Of a stretch of DNA of 64,000 bases, positions 22,600-35,300 are shown one piece after another. The DNA lies in NCBI GenBank assembly GCA_002269645.1, contig NIVC01002146.1, positions 124,001 to 188,000 on the forward strand, read 5' to 3'. The position numbers and the translations under genes are program-made. The notes beneath the pieces were generated by a model. The model saw only the letters and a list, made by a program, of their open reading frames with translations. It had not been told where the DNA came from and ran no database searches. Position 1 is the first letter of the stretch; every line of letters begins with the position of its first letter. This DNA is from Macrostomum lignano (lineage: Eukaryota).

Positions 22600-25500
22600 C
22601 AGGGGGGTTGCGCAAGTATAATTAAGAATATAGTAAAATTTGTTAACCTTATCCAATCTATTTCTGTATCCCTCCTAGGTGGCTCCTCAAGTCCACAAAG
22701 CTTGCAGTAAGGTTAGATTGTTTCTTTGCAAAAGTTTTTAAGAGCCAATCTGATTAGCTGGCATGCAGCCTATAGTTTCTTTTGCAAAGTATTATTCAGA
22801 ATAGTGCATTTTTAAAAAGCATTGACCAAAAAGGCAGATATGCCACAAGAATAGAAGTCTTTTTCTTGTTATATATCAAGTGTAAAATGCTGACCTAGTA
22901 AATTGGCTAAATTGAAGCTGCCCAAAGAGGCCCAAAAGATAAAAGCTAAAAAGTTTTATGTGCTTCAACAATGTAAACCATAGGACTAATGCACTCATAC
23001 TAATCAACAGAAGATTGACTGTTAAAACTTATTTGAATTTATTCTTATACTATATTGCAATTTGATGCCTAGTAGATAAGCTTAGTCAGTCTAGATAATA
23101 GGCCTTTTTCAATGAGAAATCCATGGCCAGGAGCCAAAAGTGATTAGTGGCTAGAATCAAAACTAGTATAGTAGAAATTTGAGTAAATTTGTCTTTAATT
23201 TGAATAATTCAGTTTGATTTGTGCTGCAATAAGAAGTTTTTTAGTATCTGTTATCAAGGCAGACATTTCTTCCTAAAAAGTAGGTTGTTGGATTTTAAAA
23301 ATGCTATCAGCAGTGTTACTAGAATTTGACAGTTCAAATAGGGCCAGAAGGTCACTCTGCAGCATTACTACTCCATTTTTTCCATTTACTACAATAGCCA
23401 AATAGTCATAAATAACCTTTGTTTAATTGGATATAGAGGCTTGTCTCTCTACAATAGAGACAGTAATCTGTTTATAGAATTTTTATAATAGTACATGTAT
23501 AAAAATAATAAATTCTGATACCAAATAATCTAGCAAATTTTGCTCATATAAGGATGTCAATTGGTTGTCTATAAAATGTCTTAATGTTAAAACTGGATTT
23601 GAAGCACAGCTAGATAGGTAGTGAGTTTCAAAGCCTTTTTTCAGTGGCAGCTACAACATGAGTGGCTGGCACTGACAAAAGCTGCTATAGATAACATGCT
23701 ACAATTGGGAAGTCTTGTAGATGACTTTGGTTTGGGTAGTTCAAGAATATTTTGTATATTTTCTTCCTTAGTGCTCTTTTGCACCCTTTTCAATATCCTT
23801 ATTAAGTCTGTTTGATATACAAAACTGAAGATTTGACTTATGTATTGCAAAATATTTGCTTCTTTGATCTTTCCATATATGAATTTGGCATTTTTGACTG
23901 CAAACTATGCTAGTAAGCTTTAATTATGAATCCAAAAATACCTAACTCTAGTTATAGGCCTCCCATAGTAGAAGATAAAGTGTAAGTACTATTACTTTGG
24001 TGGAACCTGCAAGTTGTCTCAAAATTGGAGTGTTGGAGGCTTTGATCCTTGAGTATACTAGAGACTTTTTATTTTTATTATAGTAAAGCCAATTATTGTA
24101 AGTCAAACTATGATATTTTCAAATCATTTTCTTTTAAAATTTTTATAATAATACCTGTTATGATCAAAACACTTATAATTATAGCTTTTTATTGTAACTT
24201 TATTTTCTGGATTTGGATAATGCCTGATATTTTTAAATAGAATGCATCTGATGACAACTCTGATAAAAAAATAGTTGGCCACATGAGTCCATAGATTAAG
24301 AAAAACATCTTAAGAGCAAAAAAAGAACATTGACTTTGCAAATAAAGTCTTGGAGGAACAAATTCAAGGGAGGCTTCCCATTTTGGTCCATTTTGGCCCA
24401 TAGAAAGTAGAAATAGAAAAAACTGCTTACATCTGCCAAACTGCACTAAGATTGGCCAAAATTCAACTAAGCTTTTCCATAGGGGCAGGCCATCAACATT
24501 GACCTTAAATAAAAGTTGCACCTCACCAGTATGAGACTTATTACCTAACAAGAAATTTTGAAAGGCATAGTGCAGATTATTGGACAAAGAAAAGTAGATA
24601 TAGTTGCCATTTCACATTGCTTTGACTTGTGGATGCTTGTAGAGCAAGCAAAGGGTATCATTGAAATGCACAATATGTTGTTGGGACTTCTATACCAAAC
24701 CTAGCAAGAAGTTGAAGAAGGAAGATAATTGCAGAGCAGGCAAGGGTTGAAGAGAAAAAAGTGTGCATAACTCTGGAAATATGCTACCATTTCTTGGTTG
24801 TACACTACTAGCAGCACAACCATTAGAAAAAGTAGGCTTGGCTAATTGTTCTTCAATATTAACAATAGTCTTGTCTGCAACACATGCAGCATCCTAGTCT
24901 GCAATACTTGTGGCATCCTCATCCACAATACCTGTGGCATCCTTATCCACAATACCTGTGGCTTCCTCATCCACAATACCTGTGGCATCCTCATCCACAA
25001 TACCTGTGGCTTCCTCATCCACAATACCTGTGGCTTCCTCATCCACAATACCTGTGGCTTCCTCATCCACAATACCTGTGGCATCCTCATCCACAATACC
25101 TGTGGCTTCCTCATCCACAATACCTGTGGCTTCCTCATCCACAATACTTGTGGCATCCTCATCCACAATACCTGTGGCTTCCTCATCCACAATACCTGTG
25201 GCTTCCTCATCCACAATACTTGTGGCATCCTCATCCACAATACCTGTGGCTTCCTCATCCACAATACCTGTGGCTTCCTCATCCACAATACCTGTGGCAT
25301 CCTCATCCACAATACCTGTGGCATCCTCATCCACAATACCTGTGGCTTCCTCATCCACAATACCTGTGGCATCCTCATCCACAATACCTGTGGCATCCTC
25401 ATCCACAATACCTGTGGCATCCTCATCCACAATACTTGTGGCATCCTCATCCACAATACCTGTGGCTTCCTCATCCACAATACCTGTGGCTTCCTCATCC

Positions 25501-26400
25501 ACAATACTTGTGGCTTCCTCATCCACAATACCTGTGGCATCCTCATCCACAATACCTGTGGCTTCCTCATCCACAATACCTGTGGCATCCTCATCCACAA
25601 TACCTGTGGCTTCCTCATCCACAATACCTGTGGCTTCCTCATCCACAATACCTGTGGCTTCCTCATCCACAATACCTGTGGCTTCCTCATCCACAATACC
25701 TGTGGCTTCCTCATCCACAATACCTGTGGCTTCCTCATCCACAATACTTGTGGCATCCTCATCCACAATACCTGTGGCTTCCTCATCCACAATACCTGTG
25801 GCATCCTCATCCACAATACCTGTGGCATCCTCATCCACAATACCTGTGGCATCTTTGTCCTAAAAATGGCTGCTTCCAAATTGCTTAAATCATAGTCCTC
25901 CTTAGGCAGAAAGAGCTTACCAAGAAAAGACGCCACACTGCAAAACTGATATGCATGGCAAAGATGGCAAAGGACATTCCAGCTTGAGATCTAAGCAGGT
26001 GTTGACTGGTATTCTAGATGTGACAGTTTAAAAGCCCAACTCATGCAAACTTTAGGATTGCCATTAGTTTTAGCGCCATCAGTGATGAAATGATCTAAAG
26101 GCTTGTGTCAAAAATGCTTTTTTGGATCAGGAAGTCTTTCAACATATTCAATTTCATGCAGCATGGGTTCAATTGGCCACTTTTTATATGTCTTATGCTG
26201 TGCTAAATGATCCCAATAAGTCTAACGATTGATAGTCATCTTCACACTAAAAAAATGATTGCATACTGTTTGACTCCATCAGAAGTAGCCATTACAATTG
26301 TCTTCCAAGATGGATTCTCCTTTTGGTATTTTTATTTTGTTTCATTCCAATCAATGCATGTCTTTTGATACAATTTTAAATGTCTTGTCACTTATGAAGA
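22600..26400 (-). pseudogene. Degenerate EnSpm/CMC-like DNA transposase
   Basis: GNYIYFSLSNNL and LFKVNVDGLPLWKSLVEFWPILV match the animal EnSpm-like NxDGLPLFKS..FWPIL motif. Cys/His-rich relic upstream. Many stops. Termini not identified. Confidence 0.65.
24896..25855. repeat. 24-bp minisatellite CCTCATCCACAATACCTGTGGC(T/A)T, about 40 copies
   Basis: Directly visible. On the minus strand it reads DE(E/D)ATGIV repeats. Confidence 0.97.
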
Positions 26401-26858
26401 ACACTAGTAGGAATTTGCATTGTTCAAATTGAATGAACATCTAAAATAAGAAATAATGCATGAATTAGACTTTAGACAACATGTTGTTTTTTTGGCTTAT
26501 AATTTATACGGATATTTGTTTGGCCCTTTTACTCCCTCTTACATAAATCTTTTAATTCCCACTTAAAAACTTTTCTTTCTCCCATTCATATAGTCTTCTC
26601 CCCTTTCTACCACTTCTATAGTTTTATCTTCTATATCTGCATGTCTAATTTATATCTACTATTCTCCAATACCTGTCTTTCCTTCTGCTAGAATCTTAGC
26701 TAAACTGACTACTTAGATGGGCAATCCTTTTAGGTTATAAGTTAATTCTTAATTCAAAGATAAAATCCACTTGCTAGGCTGTAAATTATTCAGCAACAGC
26801 CATTTAGCCTCCTATTTTGCTTTCATGTATTTTTCATAAATTTATTTTGATCTGGCAG

Positions 26859-29251
26859 GCCGCCCCTAGGCGGACCAGGCGGTTCCTTTGGTCCAGCGCC
26901 TCTGCGTCCGCCGCCGATGCAGCAGCAGCAGCAGCAGCAGCAGAGCTTCCGCGGTCCTCCGCCTAGAGGTCCTCCACCGCGGGGACCGCCGCCTAACAGC
27001 GCCGGAATCCGTAGTGGCGGCGGCAGCGGGGGCGGAGGTGGCGGAGGAGGCAGCCTGCCGCCTATGCTTCGCGGCCAGCCGCCTCCTGGCTGGCGGCCTC
27101 CGATAAGTGGCCCGCCGCCATCGCCGCAGCAGCAGCGCGGCGCTCCCCCGCCGCTTGGCGGCCTGAGCGGATCCCGGCCGATGCCACCGGGCGGGGTTGG
27201 GCCTCCGCAGCAGCAGCAGCAGCAGCCTCGCCCTCCAATGCCAGGCCAGGGTGGCTCCGGCCAGCAGCAGCAGTCGGGGATGCCACCAGCGCCGCCAAAC
27301 CTTAGCGTGCCGCCGCCCGGCATGCCGACAGACCGGTCCGGGATGCCGCCTCCGCCCGGCTTCATGCCCTCCGGCCCGCCGCCGCCCACGCCAGTCTCTA
27401 TGGTTGGCGGCGGCTCCGGGGGGCCGCCCGGCCAGCATGCCATGCAGCAGCCGCCGCCGCACATGGCCTCGCCTATGGGTCTGCGCGGGGCCCCGCCGCC
27501 CGGCATGCCACCGCATCGGCAGCAGGCGCCGCCGCAGCATTTGATGCCGAATCAGAATTCCTCCTCATCCGGGATGATGCGGCCGCCTATGCCGCACATG
27601 ATGGGCGGCCCGATGCAGCAGCAGCAGCAGCCTCATCCGCAGCATCTCGGCCCTCCCGGCTACGGAATGCCGCCGCCGTCGTTTGGTGGCCCGCCGCCGC
27701 CTCATCTGATGGGCCCGCCGCCCAACTCCATGATGGGCGGCGCCCCGCCGCCGCCGCCTCCGCCGCCGCCAGAGAATGTGTGGGTTGAGAACTGCACGCC
27801 GGAAGGAAAGCCGTACTTTTATCATCTGCGCAGCCGCGAGACTCGCTGGGAACGGCCTGAAGGGGCTCGGATTATGACTCAGGTAGGCATGACTGCTCCG
27901 ATAGCAACCAGACCATGTAAGCTGGCAGACAGATTTAAATACGAGGGGTGATCAAAAAGTTCTGCAACCTCTTGTTATAGCTTTTAATTATAGAATCGGC
28001 AAAAGCCAAAAACTTACACATATGCGGCTATATCTGTTTGCTATATTAATATGCATTTTTGGCTTCCAAATATGCTCCAGTCAAATTTCAAAGCCATATA
28101 TTTTCCATGTGTTTTCAGTAGCTGATGGAAACATCAAAAGACAGCGTTCGCTTCTATATCTTTATGTGCATGTAACTTGGTTGCAAAGTGACTGAGATTC
28201 ACACCGATCTGGTGAATGTTTTAGCTAACTCTGCTCCATCATTTGACACGGTTGCCCGCTGGCTGCGCCATTTCTTGGAAGGCTGGCACAGCTTCAACGC
28301 TGAACCGAGGTCTGGCCGACCCCGCACATCCGTGACCGAAGATGTCGTGGCCCATGCCAATGCAATAATTCATGAGTATTGGAGCATTACGCTAAGATTC
28401 CTTGCCTATGAGCTTAGTGTCAGCTATGGAAGTGCTCATAACATCATGCATGAGCAACTGGGCCGCACAAAGACCTGCGCTCGGTGGGTACCCCATCTTC
28501 TCACTCCGGAGCAGCAAGCAGAGAGGGTGCGCATCTGTCGCTTGTGGGTGCAAATGTTTGAGCCCCACGGCCCACGACGACTGTCGGATGTCATCACAGG
28601 AGAAGAATGTTGGATCTCCTTCTTTTACCATGAAGGATAAGCAGTTTAACATGGTCTGGCTGGCAGAAGATGAGCCCGAGGCCCAAGGTGCTGAAGACCG
28701 GATTCCGCAGTCGGAAGCGGATATTCACCATTTTTTCAACTCTCAGGGTGTTGTATCGGTAAACATCCTTCCAGCGGGTGCCACAGTGACTGCCAGGTAC
28801 TACACAGACACTGTTCTGCCAGGCGTGCTGCAGGAGCGGCAGGAACGTGCGCGAACCAGACATAGACCTCGACTCCTGCTGCACCATGACAATGCGGATC
28901 AAATCCGTCATTTCTGGGAGGCCGTTTTCACACATACAAGACCTTGACCAAGCGGTACATTCAGCTCTATCGGGTATACCAACTTCGGAGTACCATGACT
29001 GCTTTCAGACATGGTGCATACGCATTGCGATGGTGCATAGATAGTGGTGGAAAGTACTTTGAGAGAATGTGACACTGATTAGACGCCGTGGTTGCTGTAA
29101 CACTGAGTTGTGAGGTCACTTGCAGAACTTTTTGATCACCCCTCGTATGCAATAGGAATGTAGGTAACCGATTAGTAAGATGATTAGTAAGATGAAAGCG
29201 TATAGCCAAATCGTGAGGTGGTCAGACAGATCTGCTGATAATAGTCATGTG

Positions 29252-29317
<66 letters not shown>

Positions 29318-32300
29318 GAGACGCTGCACCATTTTTCAGGCGGAGGTCGACGCTGTAGCCGAAGGCGCCCCTCCAGGCGCGGCGGCTGGCGGCCCCATGT
29401 CTGCCGGAGGGTCGGCCGTCCGATCCGGCATGCCGCCGGCGACTTCGGCTCCGCCTCTGTTCGGCATGTCCGGCGGGCTGCTAACCATGAGCCAGCAACA
29501 GCAGCAGCAGCCGCCGCCGCCCAACGGTCCCGCCAAGCCGCCAGAAGTGGCCGAATGGGCCGAGTACCGGGCGGACGATGGCCGGCCATATTATCACAAC
29601 CTGCGCACCAGCGAGACCGTCTGGGAGAAGCCGGCCCCGCTGCTAGCCTGGGAGGCCGGCGGCAAGCCGCCTGCGCCAGCCGCGGCACCGCCGCCTATTA
29701 TGAAAGAGACTCAGGCGGCGGCTTCCTTGACGGCGGCCAAAGATGGAGCAGTTCCGACCAGCGTTGCCACGACTGGCGTCAGTCAGCAGGTGGCGGAGGT
29801 GGACAAGCGACAAGCGGCTGCTCAGTCTCAGCAGCAGCAGCAGGACAAGTCCCGGCCCGTGAAGAGCCAGCCGGTGCCCGGCACCCCCTGGTGTGTTGTT
29901 TGGACAGGCGACGATCGGGTGTTCTTCTTCAATCCATCCAAGCGGCTGTCGCTGTGGGACCGGCCGGAGGAGCTGGTTGGCGTCAAGGAGGTCGAAAAAA
30001 TTCTCGGCAAAGGCGCGGCAGCGGAGAAACGCGCGGCCGGCAAATCGGCCACCGGCGCGTCGGCAGCTAAAAAAAAGAAAGTCTCTTCTGCTAAGCTTGA
30101 TACAAAAAAGAAGAAGACCGCCGACGGCCAGAAGAAGAAGAAAAGAAAGCGCAGCGGCTCGGACGACGACGATGACGATGAAGAAGACGGCGAATACGAC
30201 GAGTCCGGCACCGACGAGGACGGCGACGATTCCAATGACGACGACGACGATGACGATGACGAGGATCGAAGAAAGGCGAAGCGGCGCCGCCGGGCCGCTG
30301 CCGAGAAGAAGCGGCAGCAGCTGCAGAAGAAGCGACGCCGAGACAGCGGCAGCAGCGGCTCTAATCAGGATGACGACGACGAGGACGACGATGAGGACAA
30401 AGAAGACAAGGAGGACGAGGAGAACGAGGACCTCGGCGAAGATGACGATGACGACAAGCCGCTGCTGGAGCGGGACAAGATTGAGCCGGGAAAGGTAAAC
30501 GCGTTCGAGGCGGAGGTGCAGGCGGCGCGGGAGCGGGCCAGCCTGCCGTTGGACGCCCGGATGCAGCAGTTCCGGGAGATGCTGGCGGAGAAGCAGGTGT
30601 CAGCTTTCAGCACTTGGGACAAAGAGCTGCACAAGATCGTGTTTGACCCGCGCTATCTGCTGCTGCCCAGCAAGGAGCGCAAGCTGGTGTTCGACCAGTA
30701 CATGAAGGAGAGGGCCGAGGAGGAGCGGCTGGAGAAGAACAGGAAGCTGAGGGAGAAGAAGGAGGCCTACAAAGCGCTGCTCGAGGAGGCTAAAGTTAGC
30801 GCCAAGTGAGTAGCGGATTAGTTTAGTTTATTAGTGATTTAAGGTAAAGGCCATTGTTCTAACTTTTTAAAAAGGTATATGGAAAATGCCTTCCGTAAAA
30901 TGCCTTTGTAAATATCAAAGTCGTTTTCGCACTACCAAAGTTGGCCAATTTATTAGCAGACTCAAATCCAGTGTTTCACGCATCCTATCTGTACAGGTGT
31001 CGTTTTCAAAACTTATTCTGTTGAACAGAACCTTGCTTACATTGAAAAAACGAAGACACAAACACTGTTGCGAGAGTGAGAAAGTAGATCACTGTAAGAA
31101 TATTGGTCGGTGCCAGTCAGACTTTTGACTAAAAATACTTGAATCGATGTACATAAAAACACAAACCTAGTCTCAGTGGGGGCCCATCACAAGCTCGAAA
31201 AATCACATCGTCGAAAAGTTTAGCAACCACCATCACAAGCTCGAAAAGTCACATCGTCGAAAAGTAGGGTTACGGTTTAGGGTTAGGTTAGGGGTTAGGG
31301 TTAGGTTAGGGGTTAGGGTTAGTGTCTTAGGGTTAGGGTTCAGGGTTAGGTTAGGGTTAGAGTTGGTGCCTTAGGATTAGGGTTAGAGCTAGAGATGGTG
31401 GTTGCTAAATCAGTTTTCGACGATGTGACTTTTCGAGCTAGAGATGGTGGTTGCTAAATCAGTTTTCGACGATGTGACTTTTCGAGCTAGAGATGGTGGT
31501 TGCTAAATCAGTTTTCGACGATGTGACTTTTCGAGCTAGAGATGGTGGTTGCTAAATCAGTTTTCGACGATGTGACTTTTCGAGCTAGAGATGGTGGTTG
31601 CTAAATCAGTTTTCGACGATGTGACTTTTCGAGCTAGAGATGGTGGTTGCTAAATCAGTTTTCGACGATGTGACTTTTCGAGCTAGAGATGGTGGTTGCT
31701 AAATCAGTTTTCGACGATGTGACTTTTCGAGCTAGAGATGGTGGTTGCTAAATCAGTTTTCGACGATGTGACTTTTCGAGCTTGTGACTTTTCAAGCTTG
31801 TGATGGTGGTTGCTAAATCAGTTTTCGACGATGTGACTTTTCGAGCTAGAGATGGTGGTTGCTAAATCAGTTTTCGACGATGTGACTTTTCGAGCTAGAG
31901 ATGGTGGTTGCTAAATCAGTTTTCGACGATGTGACTTTTCGAGCTTGTGACTTTTCAAGCTTGTGATGGTGGTTGCTAAATCAGTTTTCGACGATGTGAC
32001 TTTTCGAGCTTGTGATGGAACCCTGTTTACGACGATGTGATTTTTCGAGCTTATGATGGCGACCCGTCTCAGTGCTCAACTGCAAAATTGCTTTAAACTG
32101 TTCTTGCTTGAGTCCAATTTATTTATTAATAGTTTAATCAACAGCCAGTCGCCCTGCAGATGACTAACCCGTTGAAAACTTTACCGTGCTTAGGAGAGTC
32201 GCAAAAAAGTCGTCCTAAATTCGTGTTAGCGCTTAACTTTCTACCAACTCTAGTAGACTCGATCGATAAAGTGACGCAGATGCACTTTAGACGCAACTCA

Positions 32301-35300
32301 GTGATTCCACAGCGACTCTACGACCCCAGAGTCAGTTGCGTCGCCCCAGAGTCGCAGACAATAAAACGCCTTAGTTTGACTCCTAGGCGACTTTTTGACG
32401 ACTTTTTGGCGACTTGTAGTTGTAACGCGACGTCACGTCGTTTTAGAGTCGTCTAAAGTTCTTTCCTATTTAATGTTACCTGCAACGAATCTTGGGCGAC
32501 GCAAGAGACTCTGGGACGCTACTTGGCCTCGAAACCCCTCCAAAATAACACCTATTTTGATAACACCAATAATCTTTCTAATGCTTTTAAAGGCAGATTC
32601 TATCCCTCTGAGTTAAGTTACTTCTTCATCTGTAAATGATCTTTGGTTTTCTATTATTGGTTTCATTTAGTGCCTATATTATCGCCAACTTGCAGAACCA
32701 CGTTCCAGGACTTCTCGGCCAGATGGGGCAAAGACGACCGGTTCAAGGGCATCGAAAAGGCTCGCGAACGGGAGCTGCTGTTTCACGATTACATCACGGA
32801 GGATTTGAAGAAACAGGAGAGGGAGGAGAGGCAGCGTGAGAAGGAAAAGGTGAGTCCAAATTATTGGGATAAGTTTTGTGCATTCTTAACAAACAATTTC
32901 CATGTCTGCTTGGCATAATTAACTAAGGTTTAGTGATAGTTATATGGAAGAATATGTTTGTATTCGTGTCTGGATTGCCCGGGCCTAGCTGTCAGGGAGT
33001 TGGGTCTATCTGGACTTTTGTAGAGTGGGTGGGTGTTTGAAGGAGTAGGGTGGGTATTTAAAGGAGTGGGGTGGGTGTTTGAAGGAGTGGGGTGGGTGTT
33101 TGAAGGAGTGGGTAGGTGTTTGAAGGAGTGGGTAGGTGTTTGAAGGAGTGCGTGGGTGTTTGAAGGAGGGGGTGGGTGTTTGAAAGAGTGGGGTGGGTGT
33201 TTGAAGGAGTGGGGTGGGTGTTTGAAGGAGTGGGGTGGGTGTTTGAAGGAGTGGTTGGGTGTTTGAAGGAGTGGTTGGGTGTTTGAAGGAGTGGAGTAGA
33301 TGTTTTAAAGAGTGGGGTGGGTGTTTGAAGAGTGGGGTGGGTGTTTGAAGAGTGGGGTGGGTGTTTGAAGGAGTGGTTGGGTGTTTGAAGGAGTGGTTGG
33401 GTGTTTGAAGGAGTGGTTGGGTGTTTGAAGGAGTGGTTGGGTGTTTGAAGGAGTGGTTGGGTGTTTGAAGGAGTGGTTGGGTGTTTGAAGGAGTGGTTGG
33501 GTGTTTGAAGGAGTGGTTGGGTGTTTGAAGGAGTGGTTGGGTGTTTGAAGGAGTGGTTGGGTGTTTGAAGGAGTGGTTGGGTGTTTGAAGGAGTGGTTGG
33601 GTGTTTGAAGGAGTGGTTGGGTGTTTGAAGGAGTGGTTGGGTGTTTGAAGGAGTGGTTGGGTGTTTGAAGGAGTGGAGTAGATGTTTTAAAGAGTGGGGT
33701 GGGTGTTTGAAGAGTGGGGTGGGTGTTTGAAGAGTGGAGTGGGTGTTTGAAGGAGTGGTTGGGTGTTTGAAGGAGTGGAGTAGATGTTTTAAAGAGTGGG
33801 GTGGGTGTTTGAAGAGTGGAGTGGGTGTTTGAAGAAGTGGTTGGGTGTTTAAAAGAGTGAGGGGTGTTTGGATGTATGAGGAGAGGATTGGGATGTCTAG
33901 AAATGAGTGGCGTGTCTAGATAGAATAGTGGATGTCTAGAGAGAGGAGTGGCGTGTCTAGATAGAAGAGTGGGTTGTCTGGAGAGAGAGAAGTGGGGTGT
34001 TCGGAGAGTGGAGTGAGATGTCTGGAGAGAGAGGAGTGGGGTGTCTGGAGAGAGGAGTGAGGTGTCTGGAGAGAGGAGTGAGATGTCTGGAGAGAGAGGA
34101 GTGGGGTGTCTGGCGAGAGGAGTGAGGTGTCTGGAGAGAGAGGAGTGGGGTGTCTGGAGTAAGAGGAGTGAGGTGTCTGGAGAGAGAGGAGTGAGGTGTC
34201 TGGAGAGAGAGGAGTGAGGTGTCTGGAGAGAGAGGAGTGGAGTGTCTGGAGAGAGGAGTGAGGTGTCTGGAGAGAGATGAGTGGGGTGTCTGGAGAGAGA
34301 GGAGTGGGGTGTCTGGAGAGAGGAGTGAGGTGTCTGGAGAGAGAGGAGTGGGATATCTGGAGAAAGTTAAGCGAGTAGTTCGCAGTGCGAATTGGTTTCT
34401 GAAATCTCATTATGCGCCGAAGCTTGACGCGCCTGTCTCAAGTAAATGACGCTCAAACACCAAAGCTAGCCGAAGAATTTAATGAATAATCTATATTGTT
34501 CCTATGCACATCGAACTGCGTAGTCGCATGTGCCACTCCATTGGCTATCCTTAGTAGTAAATGTGTCACATTTTACTGATTGCTATGTTCTGTTTGTTCA
34601 CAGCGAATATTTCTGTCGCTTGAACTAACTGTATTGATTTTTTCGTTACAACAAGTTTATTGCTTTTTACACACAAGCTTCAACAACTCGCGTATTAATA
34701 AATTAATGGATTCATGAGTCGAGGAACTGTGGAAAAATATTTAACTTAGTGTACTATCATGAGCATTCGTTTGCTAATTGAATTTCTGTAGTACTGTTTC
34801 TATTTCATGAGTGCATAAGTAGTAAAGACAGGATAATTTTATTTGAGACTTATTAGGTAATTTAAGAGAACAGGTTAGTAATAAATTGTATATTAGAATT
34901 GCATATATTCATTACCAGAGCTGGAATACTGACTACTTTTACTAGGCTAATTTTTCAGTCCGTATTTTTTCTACTAAGAGGAATTCACCACACAGTTTTA
35001 TTTGCACTACATGTACTACTACAATGCCGGCACGCGAAATTCCAGAATGCTGTCCTAATATTGTGCGGGCATTCATAAGCATCGAGATATTTAATGGCTC
35101 TTTCATGGCAGGATTTTTCCCTAGGTACGAAAATGCCAACCAGTTATTAGGATAACTTGATGGGCCACTTGATGCATATCATTGCTTAGTGTAAAATAGC
35201 TTCTCTACTTCAGTTCAGTAGCAAGGAAGAATTTGTAAGCTTTTTATGAAAAGAAAGACTACTGACTTGCAGACGTAAGGAACTCGCTATTGGTGCGCAG

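Noticed and set aside
24842-25936. 300-400-aa repeat ORFs here and at 10433-10914, 37084-38301, 42534-43004, 43624-44109
   Set aside because: Open frames arise from stop-free tandem units in several frames at once; not evidence of genes.
31267-31385. Telomere or interstitial telomere fusion site
   Set aside because: Short, degenerate TTAGGG/TTAGG tract lying inside a TSD-bounded MITE.
31385-32010. CRISPR-like array (also considered for the 58-bp and 178-bp arrays)
   Set aside because: Units are head-to-tail with no unique spacers, there are no cas genes, and the context is eukaryotic and intronic.
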